Of a DNA stretch of 64,000 nucleotides, positions 9,356 to 20,225 are shown in pieces. The stretch lies in NCBI RefSeq assembly GCF_034179595.1, contig NZ_JAXFPT010000048.1, positions 27 to 64,026 on the forward strand, given 5' to 3'. Made by a program: the position numbers and the translations under genes. The notes under the pieces are model-generated. The model made no database searches, had not been told where the DNA came from, and saw only the letters and a list, made by a program, of their open reading frames with translations. This DNA comes from Clostridium sp. Its GTDB lineage: Bacteria; Bacillota; Clostridia; Clostridiales; Clostridiaceae. Each line of letters begins with the position of its first letter. Within the stretch, counting starts at the first letter, position 1.

Positions 9356-10663
9356 TTAGTATCTTCTATAGCTGCTATATGTTCTTCCATAACGGCTCTT
9401 ACGGTTACGTCTACCACCAATAAATTTTATTATTAAAAGTATTAGTAATACTATTACAACTATAACTACAAGTACACCTAAGTAAGCAAATATATTTGCT
9501 TTAATTAATTGTCCAGCTGATATTCCAATGCTTCCTTTTAAAGTTGTATGATAATCTTTAACTGATAAGTTTAAATCAACTTCTTTGTGTGAAGCAACAG
9601 ACCATGCATTTTTATCTTCATTATTAAATGTTATTTCAGCATTTTTATCATTAAATGTATTTTTATAAAGCATAGCATCTTCTGATAATGTTACAGGAGC
9701 TTCTATTGTCTTTTCAGGACCAAAGAATCTAAATATTTTATAGTTTAAAGTTACATTTTTTATAGAATCTCCAGCTGATTTAAATACAGATGGTTGTGCA
9801 GCATAGCTATAATCCATTATTTTATTCATGTCATTATATCTAGTTGAATCATCAGCACTAACTGCTGAATCTAAAACTATACCAATGATTTCTCTGCCAT
9901 TTCTGTCATAAACAGCTGATAAACATTCTCCAGCTGCATCAGTTGTACCAGTTTTACCTGCAATATTTCCATCTTTACCTAAATTCTTATTTCTGTTTTC
10001 TAATTTAACAGTTTTTCCACCAATAGTAATTGTAGCTTCTTTAGTTTCCATTACTTCTCTAACCCATGGATTGTTAAAAGCAGCTTTAGTAAGTAATGCT
10101 AAATCATAAGCTGTTGTATAGTGGTTAGCATTATGTAATCCGTTTGGTGTTGTAAAGTGTGTGTTTTTCATACCAAGCTCTTGAGCTTTTTCATTCATAA
10201 GCTTTGTAAAATTATCAACATTTCCAGAAACCTTATCAGCTATCATGTAAGCTGCATCATTTCCTGAGAACATTAATAAACCTTTCATTACATCATCAGC
10301 AGTCATTGTATCTCCGACTTTCATAGTAACTCCTGGCCAATTTGAATGTAATGAATAAGCAGGTTGAGATTTTGCAGATTCAGTAAATTTGATTGTATCA
10401 TATTTTTGAGCATGTTCTGCAAATATTAAAGCAGTTAATAGCTTAGTTATACTTGCAGGATATGCTTTTGCATCTGCATTTTTTGAATAAATAATTTCAC
10501 CTGTCTTTAAATCCATTGTAATTGCATATTTTGCAGTTATACTTGGATCTTGTAAAGTTTGCGTATCTGCATATGATTTTACTAATCCAAAAGGAGCTAA
10601 TAAATACATAGCAAAAACAACTACTATTACTTTTAATAGCATACTTTTTTTAGTTAAATTCAT
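9356..10663 (-). CDS. D-alanyl-D-alanine carboxypeptidase (peptidase S11)
   Basis: PASITK (SxxK), SGN and GKTG motifs; signal peptide and C-terminal membrane anchor. Confidence 0.92.
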   Translation of the reverse strand: MNLTKKSMLLKVIVVVFAMYLLAPFGLVKSYADTQTLQDPSITAKYAITMDLKTGEIIYSKNADAKAYPASITKLLTALIFAEHAQKYDTIKFTESAKSQPAYSLHSNWPGVTMKVGDTMTADDVMKGLLMFSGNDAAYMIADKVSGNVDNFTKLMNEKAQELGMKNTHFTTPNGLHNANHYTTAYDLALLTKAAFNNPWVREVMETKEATITIGGKTVKLENRNKNLGKDGNIAGKTGTTDAAGECLSAVYDRNGREIIGIVLDSAVSADDSTRYNDMNKIMDYSYAAQPSVFKSAGDSIKNVTLNYKIFRFFGPEKTIEAPVTLSEDAMLYKNTFNDKNAEITFNNEDKNAWSVASHKEVDLNLSVKDYHTTLKGSIGISAGQLIKANIFAYLGVLVVIVVIVLLILLIIKFIGGRRNRKSRYGRTYSSYRRY

Positions 10664-10846
10664 TTTTTCACCTCATTCTTTTTTGTTAATGATTAAATAG
10701 ACATGCATACAAAAAAGTATATCACCTTATTAAAGTAATAACAATAAAGTTTAGGTTAAAATAGAGATTAAAATTATTACAATAAAGTTAAGCAGAAAGT
10801 TATATTAAAATTAAAAATAAAAAACCTCTATAAAAGAGGCTTTTTT

Positions 10847-11578
10847 TTATTTATCTTTATTTTCAAATCTTTTTATTATATTTTCTTTAGCTTTAAGTTC
10901 TAATTCATCATTTAGAGGTTCTAAAGTAACATTTTCATACTTATTATTTAAAGCTATCTCTAATAATTTATCTGCAAGTTCAGGATTTTTAGAAAGTAAT
11001 GATCCGTGGAAATAAGTACAGAAAGTGTTTTTATAAACACAACCTTCATAACCATCTTCACCATTATTTCCGTATCCTTGGATGCATTTACCAAGAGGTT
11101 TTAAATTATTTATATAAGTTCTACCTGAGTGATTTTCAAATCCAACGTAAGTTTGAGAAAATTCATCGTTTCTTATTATTGTATCTCCAATAAAACGAGT
11201 GTCTCCACCTTCAGTATATATATCAAGTATTTTTAATCCTTCTAATTTTTCTCCATTTGGAGCTCTATAATAATTTCCAAGAAGTTGATAGCCACCACAT
11301 ATAGCTAATAATACTTTAGAATCTTCTACATATTTAGTTAAATCTTCTTTTTTATTTTTCATTAAGTCAGCTGAAACTATTGATTGTTCATAGTCTTGGC
11401 CACCACCAAAGAAAACTATATCATAATTTTCTCCATCAAATTTATCATTTACAGATATATCTATAACATTTACTTTTATTCCACGAGCTTCAGCTCTTGA
11501 TTTAAGTATTAATATATTTCCTACATCACCATAAACATTTAATAAATCAGGATAAAGGTGACAAATATTTAATTCCAT
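10847..11578 (-). CDS. gatD: Lipid II isoglutaminyl synthase glutaminase subunit
   Basis: LYPDLLNVYGD, AICGGYQLLG, GFENHSGRT and TYFHGSLL motifs; downstream of murT. Confidence 0.9.
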   Translation of the reverse strand: MELNICHLYPDLLNVYGDVGNILILKSRAEARGIKVNVIDISVNDKFDGENYDIVFFGGGQDYEQSIVSADLMKNKKEDLTKYVEDSKVLLAICGGYQLLGNYYRAPNGEKLEGLKILDIYTEGGDTRFIGDTIIRNDEFSQTYVGFENHSGRTYINNLKPLGKCIQGYGNNGEDGYEGCVYKNTFCTYFHGSLLSKNPELADKLLEIALNNKYENVTLEPLNDELELKAKENIIKRFENKDK

Positions 11579-11591
11579 AAAAATACCTCCT

Positions 11592-12953
11592 TTACCAAAG
11601 CTTTTGTATATAGCCTTTTGAATGTAGATGCTTTCTATAATTAATCATTGCAGTATAAGTTGCAAGTATATAGATGTTTTTATCTTTACATTCTTTAAGC
11701 TTGTTAGTTAATTTTTCATAATCTTCTTCTATTATAAACTTGTTAGCATCAAGTCCAGCAGTTTTAAGTCTAACTGCCATATCATACATTCTCATACCTG
11801 AGATATAAACATTATTTATTGGAAGTTTTGGAAGTCTTTCAAAATCAACATCCCAAATCCAAGATACATCTCTTCCATCTGCATAATTATCATTTAGCAT
11901 AAATAGAGCAGAGAATGGTTCTTTATTTAAGCATAAAGTATCGATTGCTTGGTTATAACCTGCAGGATTTTTTACAAGTATTATTTTAACATTTTTATCA
12001 TCAATTTTAATAACTTCTTGTCTACCAAAACTTGAATCTTGCTTTCCTAAAGATTTTGCAATTACTTCATCTGGTACCCCAAGTTCTTTTGTTATTGAAT
12101 AAGCACAAAGTGCGTTATATATGTTATAAGCTCCAGATTGACTTATTGTAATTGGAGTGTTATTTATAACAACTCTTGAGTATTCAGGAGTAACTTCTAT
12201 TATTTCATTAACTTTATACTTTAAAGGAGGTCTTTTATATCCACAATTAGGGCAATAGAAATCTCCTAAGTGATTATATGTAATAAAGTTATAGCTATAT
12301 GGAGATTTACAGAATTTACAGAATTTAGAATCAGCGTTTACATCAAGCTTTGTATCTTCTTGTACTGGTACGCTAAATCCATAAAATTCTGTAGGATTTT
12401 TAACATCTAATTTGCCAAGTAAAGATTCATCCCCATTTAAGATAAGTTTTGTTTTAGGAGCTTTAACTACTCCTTCAAGGATTTTTGTAAGAGTTGTGTA
12501 TACTTCACCATATCTATCTAGCTGATCTCTAAATAAATTAGTTACAGTTAAAAGCTCAGGAGTTATGTATTCAGTAATAAACTTAACATTAGCTTCATCA
12601 ACTTCTATAACTGCATATTTTGATGTGTTTTTGTCTCCAAATTTAAAGTTATCAATAAAGCAGGAAACAATTCCAGGGAAAAGATTTGCACCTGTATTAT
12701 TAGTTATTACTTTAAATCCATTTTCTTTAAGTATGTTTGTAATCATACTTGTAGTTGTTGTTTTACCGTTTGTACCAGTTATAAGAATAACTTTATATCC
12801 TTTAGAAACAGTTTTTAAGATGTTTCTATCTAACTTTAAAGCAACTCTACCTGGGAAGGTACTACCACCTTTTAAAAAGTTCTTTGAAATAAAAAGTACT
12901 ATTTTACTAGAAATAATACTTATAAATGATTTTATATTAATAATATTCACCAC
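11592..12953 (-). CDS. murT: Lipid II isoglutaminyl synthase Mur-ligase subunit
   Basis: TGTNGKTTT, NLFRDQLDRYGE, CxxC...CxxC zinc finger, KNPAG and DGRDVSWIWD motifs. Confidence 0.92.
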   Translation of the reverse strand: MVNIINIKSFISIISSKIVLFISKNFLKGGSTFPGRVALKLDRNILKTVSKGYKVILITGTNGKTTTTSMITNILKENGFKVITNNTGANLFPGIVSCFIDNFKFGDKNTSKYAVIEVDEANVKFITEYITPELLTVTNLFRDQLDRYGEVYTTLTKILEGVVKAPKTKLILNGDESLLGKLDVKNPTEFYGFSVPVQEDTKLDVNADSKFCKFCKSPYSYNFITYNHLGDFYCPNCGYKRPPLKYKVNEIIEVTPEYSRVVINNTPITISQSGAYNIYNALCAYSITKELGVPDEVIAKSLGKQDSSFGRQEVIKIDDKNVKIILVKNPAGYNQAIDTLCLNKEPFSALFMLNDNYADGRDVSWIWDVDFERLPKLPINNVYISGMRMYDMAVRLKTAGLDANKFIIEEDYEKLTNKLKECKDKNIYILATYTAMINYRKHLHSKGYIQKLW

Positions 12954-13216
12954 CCTATAATTAATAAAAATTTATAACTATCATATAAATAATAATTAGT
13001 ATAACACAAAATTATATTACAGCGAAATATTAATAAATACAATAAAAATTAACATTAAAATAAATAAAAAAATTTATCTTAAAAGTAATTTGTAAATGTA
13101 ATTTTCATAAAAATGTTGAGTAAACTTTGTAATTGGAGTATTATACTATTGGTTCAAGAATATGTAATTATATACATAATAAATAGATTAATGGAAATAG
13201 AAAAGGAGTGATTATA

Positions 13217-14194
13217 ATGTATCCAATTAAATTTGAAAATTTATATTACGATAAGATATGGGGAGGAAGAGAGCTAGAAAGCTTTAGAGATAATTTACCA
13301 GATGGTAAAATAGGAGAATCATGGGATATTGCTTGTCATAGAAATGGAACTGGTATTGTTGAAAATGGAGAATTTAAAGGTATTAAATTTGATGAACTTA
13401 TAAAAAAATTAGGGCATAAATTATTAGGTGATAAAATAAAAACTGATACTTTCCCATTATTAATAAAGCTTATAAGTGCAAATGATAAGTTATCAGTTCA
13501 AGTACATCCAGGAGATGAATATGCAAAGATAGCAGAAAATGATCTTGGAAAAACAGAAGCTTGGTATGTTGTTAGCGCAAAAGAAGGAGCATCACTTATA
13601 GTTGGAACAAAAAATTGTGACAAAAAGACTTTTGAAGAAGCTATCAAAAAGGGTGATTTAACTCCATATTTAAATGAAATCCCTGTAAAAAAAGGCGATA
13701 TGTTTTATATAAAAAGTGGATTAGTTCATGCTATTTGTGAAGGCGTTGTAATAGCTGAAATACAACAAAGCAGTGATACAACTTATAGAGTTTATGATTA
13801 TGGAAGAGGAAGAGAAATACATGTAAAGAAAGCACTAGATGTTATTGATTTTTCATTAAAAGGAGAAAATATAAAAGGAATTACAATCCATGAAGATGGA
13901 TATGATAAGACAGTTCTTTGTGTTAGTAAATATTTTGCAATAGAAAAATATGAAATAAAAGAAAGTGCGAAAGAAGAAAGTGATAAAGATAGATTCTATT
14001 TATTTACTTGTGTTGATGGAAGTGGAGAAATAATTTGGGATAATAAATCACTAGAAATTAAAATGGGAGATAGCATACTTATTCCAGCATATCTTGGAGA
14101 GTATGAACTAAAAGGAAACTTTACTTTACTAAAGAGCTTTGAACCAGATATTGAAAAAGAAAAAGATGAAATATTAGATAATGTTTTAAAATAA
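13217..14194 (+). CDS. manA: Mannose-6-phosphate isomerase, type I
   Basis: KIWGG, LSVQVHP, KTEAWY and EIQQSSDTTYRVYDY motifs. Confidence 0.92.
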   Translation: MYPIKFENLYYDKIWGGRELESFRDNLPDGKIGESWDIACHRNGTGIVENGEFKGIKFDELIKKLGHKLLGDKIKTDTFPLLIKLISANDKLSVQVHPGDEYAKIAENDLGKTEAWYVVSAKEGASLIVGTKNCDKKTFEEAIKKGDLTPYLNEIPVKKGDMFYIKSGLVHAICEGVVIAEIQQSSDTTYRVYDYGRGREIHVKKALDVIDFSLKGENIKGITIHEDGYDKTVLCVSKYFAIEKYEIKESAKEESDKDRFYLFTCVDGSGEIIWDNKSLEIKMGDSILIPAYLGEYELKGNFTLLKSFEPDIEKEKDEILDNVLK

Positions 14195-14328
14195 TAAATA
14201 GTACTTAATTTTTTACTTTCCCATATTTTCTTAAAATTTACTTAATTAAGTGATTGGATATAGACAACCACTGATAATATACTTATAATTAAAAAGTCAA
14301 TAATATTTTTGAAAGTGAGTGAAAATCA

Positions 14329-15189
14329 GTGGGAATAGATTTACTATTGATATTTAAAGCAATAATTATTGCTATAGTAGAAGGTCTTACGGAATTTGTT
14401 CCAGTATCATCAACAGGACATATGATACTAGTTGGAAACTTAATTGATTTTACAGGTCCATTTGCTGATATGTTTGAAGTTGTTATACAACTTGGAGCAA
14501 TTTTAGCAGTTGTTGTACTATTTTGGGAAAAAATTAGTACAAGTGTAGTAGAATTCTTTAAGTTTATTTTTACAAAAGGAAAAGAAGGAAAAACAGGTTT
14601 TAGATTTGGAATTAATGTAATTGTTGGATCAATACCAGCACTTATAGTTGGATTATTACTTCATGATAAGATTAAGTCTTTATTTACTCCAAGAGCTGTT
14701 ATATACGGATTTATAGTTGGGGGTATCTTATTACTAGTTATAGAAAATATCTATAGAAAAAGAAAGCCTAAGGCAAATGATATAGATAGTATTACACCTA
14801 AAGAAGCTTTGATAGTTGGTGTAGCTCAATGCTTTGCTATGTGGCCTGGAATGTCAAGAAGTGCTTCTACTATAATGGGTGGTTGGATAGCAGGGCTTTC
14901 AACTCCGATTGCAGCAGAATTCTCATTCTTCTTAGCAATTCCAGCTATGATTGGTTCAAGCGGGCTTGATATGTTAAAGTTTGATTATTCAGAAATGAAT
15001 TCAACAAAATGGATAGCACTAGCTGTTGGATTTATTGTAGCATTTATAGTTTCAATAGTAGTTATGGATAAGTTTGTAAGCTACTTAAAGAAAAAGCCAA
15101 TGAGAGTATTTGCAATATACAGAGTAATAGTAGGTGTAATACTTGCTGTATTAGTATTTGCAGGTTTCATGACTTTACCGGCTTTATAA
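14329..15189 (+). CDS. uppP: Undecaprenyl-diphosphate phosphatase
   Basis: VEGLTEFVPVSSTGH and PGMSRSAST motifs. Confidence 0.95.
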   Translation: MGIDLLLIFKAIIIAIVEGLTEFVPVSSTGHMILVGNLIDFTGPFADMFEVVIQLGAILAVVVLFWEKISTSVVEFFKFIFTKGKEGKTGFRFGINVIVGSIPALIVGLLLHDKIKSLFTPRAVIYGFIVGGILLLVIENIYRKRKPKANDIDSITPKEALIVGVAQCFAMWPGMSRSASTIMGGWIAGLSTPIAAEFSFFLAIPAMIGSSGLDMLKFDYSEMNSTKWIALAVGFIVAFIVSIVVMDKFVSYLKKKPMRVFAIYRVIVGVILAVLVFAGFMTLPAL

Positions 15190-15371
15190 ATAGAATATTT
15201 ATAATTTAGAAAGTCTAGTTAATGTTTCATTAACTAGACTTTTTTTATACATAATAGATTTATATAAATCATATATTTTAAAAAGTAAATTGAATATTAT
15301 AAATAAATTAAGTTTTCTCTTTTAAGTTATATAAAAAATAAATTTAATTGTTGGTAGAGGGGGATTTTTAA

Positions 15372-16472
15372 GTGTCAAAAGGAGTGAAAAAAATAGCTTT
15401 ATTAACTGGGGGAGGAGATTGTCCTGGATTAAATGCTGTAATTAGGGCAGTAACTAGAACAGCAATTTTAAATTATGGTTATGAAGTTATAGGTTATAAA
15501 TTTGGTTATCGTGGATTATATAAAAATGACTTTGTTAAATTAACATTAGAATCAGTATCTGGAATACTTCATAGAGGAGGAACTATTTTATATAGTTCAA
15601 ATAAAGATAATCTTTTTGATTATAATGTTATGGAAAATGGAATAATGGTAAAGAAAGATGTTTCTGATATAGCTGTTGAAAATTTAAAAAGAGAAGGGGT
15701 AGATGTATTAGTTGTTATAGGTGGTGATGGTACATTAACTTCAGCAAGAGATTTTGCAAGAAAAGGTATAAAAGTGATAGGAGTTCCAAAGACTATAGAT
15801 AATGATTTAGCATCAACTGATGTTACATTTGGATTTAATACAGCAATAGATGTAGCAACAGAAGCATTAGATAGACTTCATACAACAGCTGAATCACATC
15901 ATAGAGTTATGATTTGCGAAGTTATGGGAAGAGGTGCTGGATGGATTGCATTAGAATCTGGAATTGCAGGATCAGCAGATGTAATTTTACTTCCAGAAAT
16001 CCCATATGATATTAATAAGATAGTTGATAAAGTTAATGAAAGAAACGCAGAAGGCAAACTATTTACAATAATAGTAATAGCTGAAGGTGCTAAACCTAAA
16101 GATGGAAATATTGTTATTTCTAAAGTAGTTAGTGATAGTCCAGATCCAATAAGACTTGGAGGAATAGGAAATAAATTAGCTGATGATTTGGAAAAAATAA
16201 TAAAAGATCATGAGGTAAGATGTACTGTGCTTGGACATATTCAAAGAGGAGGAAATACTTCTACTTATGATAGAATTTTATCAACAAGATATGGGGTAGC
16301 AGCAGTTGAAATGATAAATGAAGGTATATTTGGAAATATGGTATGTTTAAAAGGAAATGAAATAACTTATGATAGTTTAGAAAATGTAATAGGTCAAAAA
16401 ACTAAGCAAGTTGATCCAAATTGCGAATTAGTTAAAATTGCTAAAAAGATAGGAATTTCATTTGGAGATTAA
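15372..16472 (+). CDS. pfkA: 6-phosphofructokinase (group III-like)
   Basis: TGGGDCPGLN, GGDGT, PKTIDND, EVMGR and LGHIQRGG motifs. Confidence 0.92.
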   Translation: MSKGVKKIALLTGGGDCPGLNAVIRAVTRTAILNYGYEVIGYKFGYRGLYKNDFVKLTLESVSGILHRGGTILYSSNKDNLFDYNVMENGIMVKKDVSDIAVENLKREGVDVLVVIGGDGTLTSARDFARKGIKVIGVPKTIDNDLASTDVTFGFNTAIDVATEALDRLHTTAESHHRVMICEVMGRGAGWIALESGIAGSADVILLPEIPYDINKIVDKVNERNAEGKLFTIIVIAEGAKPKDGNIVISKVVSDSPDPIRLGGIGNKLADDLEKIIKDHEVRCTVLGHIQRGGNTSTYDRILSTRYGVAAVEMINEGIFGNMVCLKGNEITYDSLENVIGQKTKQVDPNCELVKIAKKIGISFGD

Positions 16473-16611
16473 TTAAAGAATAATTTTAAGGGTTTAGCAT
16501 AGCGCTAAATCCTTTATTAGAATAAATTTGTATGATTTAAGGCAAATTTATAATATATTATAATTTTACTAAAAATTGGGGTAAATTTTAATTTTGATAT
16601 TGGAGGGTATT

Positions 16612-17391
16612 ATGAAAGAAATTAAAAAGTATTTAGAATCAAGAATAGGTAATTATAGTTTCTTCTTTGAAGACCTAAAAAGCGGTTTTGTTTATGGTTA
16701 TAATGAAAACGTTCAGATGATATCAGCAGGGTGCATGAAATTACCTATATCAATTTCTTTAATAAAAGATGTAGAAAGAGGAAATGTATCTTTTATGGAT
16801 AAAGTAAAGATAGAAGGAGCAGATAAAGTTTATGGAACTGGTATAATTCATGAATTTAATTCAAGAGATTATACTGTATTTGAACTTTTAGTTGCTATGC
16901 TTATTCAAAGTGATAATACGGCAGCCAATAAGATTATTGATATTGTTGGAATGGATAAAATAAACGAAGATATAGGTGAAATGGGTCTAAAAAATACTAT
17001 CCTAAATAGAAAAACAACTGATGAAAGAACTGGAAAATCAGATATAGAAAATTTAACATCAGCTAGAGATTTATCTAAATTGTGGAAGCATTTATATGAA
17101 GGAACTTATTTAAATAGAGAAAATAGTACAATGTTAATAGATATATTAACAAGACAACAAATAAAGAATAAATTAGCCCTTTATATACCAGATGATTTAA
17201 AATATGAAATTTCAAGTAAAACTGGTGATAAAAAAGGTGTTGAAAATGATACAGAATTACTTCAGCTTCCTAAAGGAGATTTTACATTTACAGTTCTTTC
17301 TACATCAATTCCAAATAGTGTTTATGGAACTGTAACGCTAGCTAAGTGTGGAAAGATGATGTGGGATAATGTAATGAATAATTGGAATTAA
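16612..17391 (+). CDS. Class A beta-lactamase-like serine hydrolase fold protein with an atypical active site
   Basis: SDNTAAN and SKTG motifs present; the SxxK position reads GCMK. ATG at 16612 follows GGAGG. Confidence 0.8.
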   Translation: MKEIKKYLESRIGNYSFFFEDLKSGFVYGYNENVQMISAGCMKLPISISLIKDVERGNVSFMDKVKIEGADKVYGTGIIHEFNSRDYTVFELLVAMLIQSDNTAANKIIDIVGMDKINEDIGEMGLKNTILNRKTTDERTGKSDIENLTSARDLSKLWKHLYEGTYLNRENSTMLIDILTRQQIKNKLALYIPDDLKYEISSKTGDKKGVENDTELLQLPKGDFTFTVLSTSIPNSVYGTVTLAKCGKMMWDNVMNNWN

Positions 17392-17732
17392 ATAATTTTT
17401 AACTAAAAATAAAATAACAAATATATTAAAATAACTGCTTTGACATTTATATGTTAGTAAGCAGTTTTTTTATAATATAAATTTCAAAATTATAATATTT
17501 TGTAACGATAAATTTGTTAATAATAAAAACTATCAGTAAAAAATTACTTTATATGAACTAAAAAATGTTATAGATGTGCAATTAATCAGTATATAAATAT
17601 GCAAAATTTTCTTATATTTTTATAAAAAGTATCATATTTTCACTATATATTTTCTAATTTTTATTAAAAAATATGCTAATACATATATTTAGGAAAAAAT
17701 CTAATCATGTTCATATATTAATTTTTTATAAA

Positions 17733-17759
17733 TTGACAATAAATTTTAACAGGTATACT
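17733..17759 (+). promoter_or_regulatory. Sigma-A-like promoter of the Ntn hydrolase gene
   Basis: TTGACA ... TATACT upstream of an AAGGAG RBS. Confidence 0.55.
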
Positions 17760-17798
17760 TTTAAGGTACAGATTTAATTGTTTAAGGAGATGATTTAA

Positions 17799-18782
17799 AT
17801 GTGTACACATATACATATTTCAAGTAATAAAAATAATCTTTATTGGGGAAGAACTTTAGATACAGGATTCAATCCATTTGATATTGGATCACAAATAAAT
17901 ATTGTTCCTAGAGATTTTGTTTTAGAAACACAAAGTACACCTTGGAAAACAAAGTATTCATTTATAGGAATAAATTTAGCAGGATCTACAGTATACTTTG
18001 ATGGAGTTAATGAAAAAGGTCTTGCAGGTGGTTTATTATTCTTAAATGCATGTACATTTGATAAGAAAGAAAATATAGAAAAAGAAGGACTTAAAGCCAT
18101 AAATGCTGGAGAAATAGTTCCTTGGATTTTAAGTAATTTTGAAACTGTAGCTGATATAAGAGAAAGTATATCAAAAGTTGCTGTTACTGCTGATGATATT
18201 CCTTCATTAGGAGAATTAGGAAAAGGTAATCCTATGACAGTTCATTATACTTTTACAGATAGAAATGGGGATTCAGTTGTTTTAGAAGCAACAAATAATG
18301 GACATTTCCGTGTATTTAATAATACCGTAGGGGTAATGGCTAATGATCCAACATTTGATTGGCATATGACAAACTTAGGAAATTATGTTCAAGTACAAGG
18401 TTTTAATAATAATTCAAATAATTTAAATAAGGAAACAACAATTAATCCAATTTCAAATGGTTCAGGTTTACTTGGATTACCAGGTGATTATACTTCACCA
18501 TCAAGATTTGTACGTGCTGCATACTTAAGAAATCTTATAGATGAAGTTAGTGATGAAGATGCACCAGCTGCTGTATTTAGTGTTTTAAATAGTGTTTGGA
18601 TTCCAAAGGGAGTTGAACATTTTAATAAAGATAAAGAAGAATCAGACTTTACAAGTTATATGTGCGCATATGACCAAAACTTAGGAAAGTTATATTTACG
18701 TGTATGTAATAAAGTTGATACAATGGAATTCTCATTAGATAATATGAAAAATAGTGAAATAGTAAAATATTCAGTTAATTAA
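17799..18782 (+). CDS. Choloylglycine hydrolase / penicillin V acylase family Ntn hydrolase
   Basis: N-terminal MCT (Cys2 nucleophile); GRTLD, DGVNEKGL, MANDP and LPGDYTSPSRFVRA motifs. Confidence 0.9.
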   Translation: MCTHIHISSNKNNLYWGRTLDTGFNPFDIGSQINIVPRDFVLETQSTPWKTKYSFIGINLAGSTVYFDGVNEKGLAGGLLFLNACTFDKKENIEKEGLKAINAGEIVPWILSNFETVADIRESISKVAVTADDIPSLGELGKGNPMTVHYTFTDRNGDSVVLEATNNGHFRVFNNTVGVMANDPTFDWHMTNLGNYVQVQGFNNNSNNLNKETTINPISNGSGLLGLPGDYTSPSRFVRAAYLRNLIDEVSDEDAPAAVFSVLNSVWIPKGVEHFNKDKEESDFTSYMCAYDQNLGKLYLRVCNKVDTMEFSLDNMKNSEIVKYSVN

Positions 18783-18892
18783 ATATAAAATTAGTATTTA
18801 AGAATAAAAATTAAACGTAAAGAATCTCATATAGGCGTGTAATCTTAGGATATAAGGGGAGACTTATTTAATCTGTATATGGAGGCAATTAT

Positions 18893-19936
18893 ATGGGAGA
18901 AAAAAAGAGGTTTATTGATAGGCTAGAAAATTATCCAATAGGGATATGTGGGACATCCTTAGGCCTAATAACAGTAAGCTCAGCATGGCAATTAAATGGA
19001 ATAAGTTTCTTAAAGCCATTAGCAATAATATTTGCAATTGTAGCAATAGCATTAATGATTTTAAGAATAATTATATTTCCTAAAAAAGCTATAGAAGAAA
19101 TAAAAAATCCAGTTTTAGGAAGTTTTTATCCAACAATAGATATGACCTTAATGCTTATAGCAGCATATTTCTTAAATGTTGCACCAACATTTGCAAAAAC
19201 ATTATGGATTATTTGTATTGTTATACATTTTGTATTATTTGTGCTTTTCTTTACATTTAGAATAAAGAATTTTAAATTTGAAGATATGGTACCAAGTTGG
19301 TTTGTAGTATGGGTTGGTGTTGTAGTTGCCAGTGTTACAAGCACAGGAATGGGACATGATAGATTAGCACAATATCTATTTTATTTTGGATTTGTTATAT
19401 ATATAATAACTTGGCCAATAATGTTATATAGAGTATTTAATCATAAAGCTTTAGAAGAACACAAACTACCTACAATAGGAATAATGGCAGCACCTGCTAG
19501 CCTTTGCTTAGTTGGATATATTACTGCATTTAAAGTTTTAAATCCTATAATATTAGTTATTTTAACTATTATTTCACTGATAAACTTAATATTAGTTTAT
19601 ACTTATATAATAGGTTTTATAAAGAAAGGATTTGCACCAACATATGCAGCACTTACATTCCCACTTGCAATTAGTATTATGGCTGCTTATAAATTAAGTA
19701 ATTACTTAATGAAAGTTGGAGTATTTGGATCTTATATATTTAAAGTTATAGGAGATATTGAAATATTTATAGGAACAGCAGTAATATTCTATGTATTATA
19801 TAACTTTATATTATTGTTAATAACAATTTTAAGTGCAAAAGCAGAAAAAGATTTAGAATCAAAAGAATCTTTAGTTGGAGAAGTTATTAAAGAAGAAACT
19901 TTCCCTGAAAATAAAATAGAAGAAGTGATAAAGTAA
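18893..19936 (+). CDS. TDT (TehA/SLAC1-like) family transporter
   Basis: About 10 TM segments; PSWFVVWVG, MAAPASL and YAALTFPLAI motifs. Confidence 0.85.
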   Translation: MGEKKRFIDRLENYPIGICGTSLGLITVSSAWQLNGISFLKPLAIIFAIVAIALMILRIIIFPKKAIEEIKNPVLGSFYPTIDMTLMLIAAYFLNVAPTFAKTLWIICIVIHFVLFVLFFTFRIKNFKFEDMVPSWFVVWVGVVVASVTSTGMGHDRLAQYLFYFGFVIYIITWPIMLYRVFNHKALEEHKLPTIGIMAAPASLCLVGYITAFKVLNPIILVILTIISLINLILVYTYIIGFIKKGFAPTYAALTFPLAISIMAAYKLSNYLMKVGVFGSYIFKVIGDIEIFIGTAVIFYVLYNFILLLITILSAKAEKDLESKESLVGEVIKEETFPENKIEEVIK

Positions 19937-20059
19937 TCTACTCTAGTAATTTTATATTAGAATCTTTAGTATCTTTAATGCTAAAGATTCTTTTTTATAT
20001 GATTAGAAATTAAATATATTTACATATAACTTTTTATATGATATTATATACAAAAATAA

Positions 20060-20161
20060 CCTTTAACTTGATCCAGAGAGGTCATTAAGGAAGTAATAGT
20101 AATACAATTGTATCGTGGGATAACTACGTCTTCCTTAAGTTTTTTAAGGAAGACTTTTTTT
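20060..20161 (+). promoter_or_regulatory. PyrR-dependent transcription attenuator
   Basis: Binding loop CCTTTAA..GATCCAGAGAGGTC..AAGG (20060-20090). Antiterminator: TTAAGGAAG (20085-20093) pairs with CTTCCTTAA (20130-20138). Terminator GTCTTCCTTAA/TTAAGGAAGAC followed by a T run. Confidence 0.88.
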
Positions 20162-20184
20162 ATGCAATTGTAAGAAGATATTTC

Positions 20185-20218
20185 CCTTTTAATTTAACAC
20201 AGAGAGGTTAAGAAGGAG
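20185..20218 (+). promoter_or_regulatory. Second PyrR-binding-loop-like hairpin overlapping the pyrB Shine-Dalgarno
   Basis: CCTTTTAA-TTTAAC-ACAGAGAG-GTTAA-GAAGGAG; the 3' arm contains the AAGGAG RBS. Confidence 0.65.
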
Positions 20219-20225
20219 TGAAAAT

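Noticed and set aside
18815-18880. Possible yybP-ykoY or fluoride riboswitch before the TDT transporter (AAGGGGAGACTT)
   Set aside because: Only a short motif resemblance; the required helices and conserved loops are absent.
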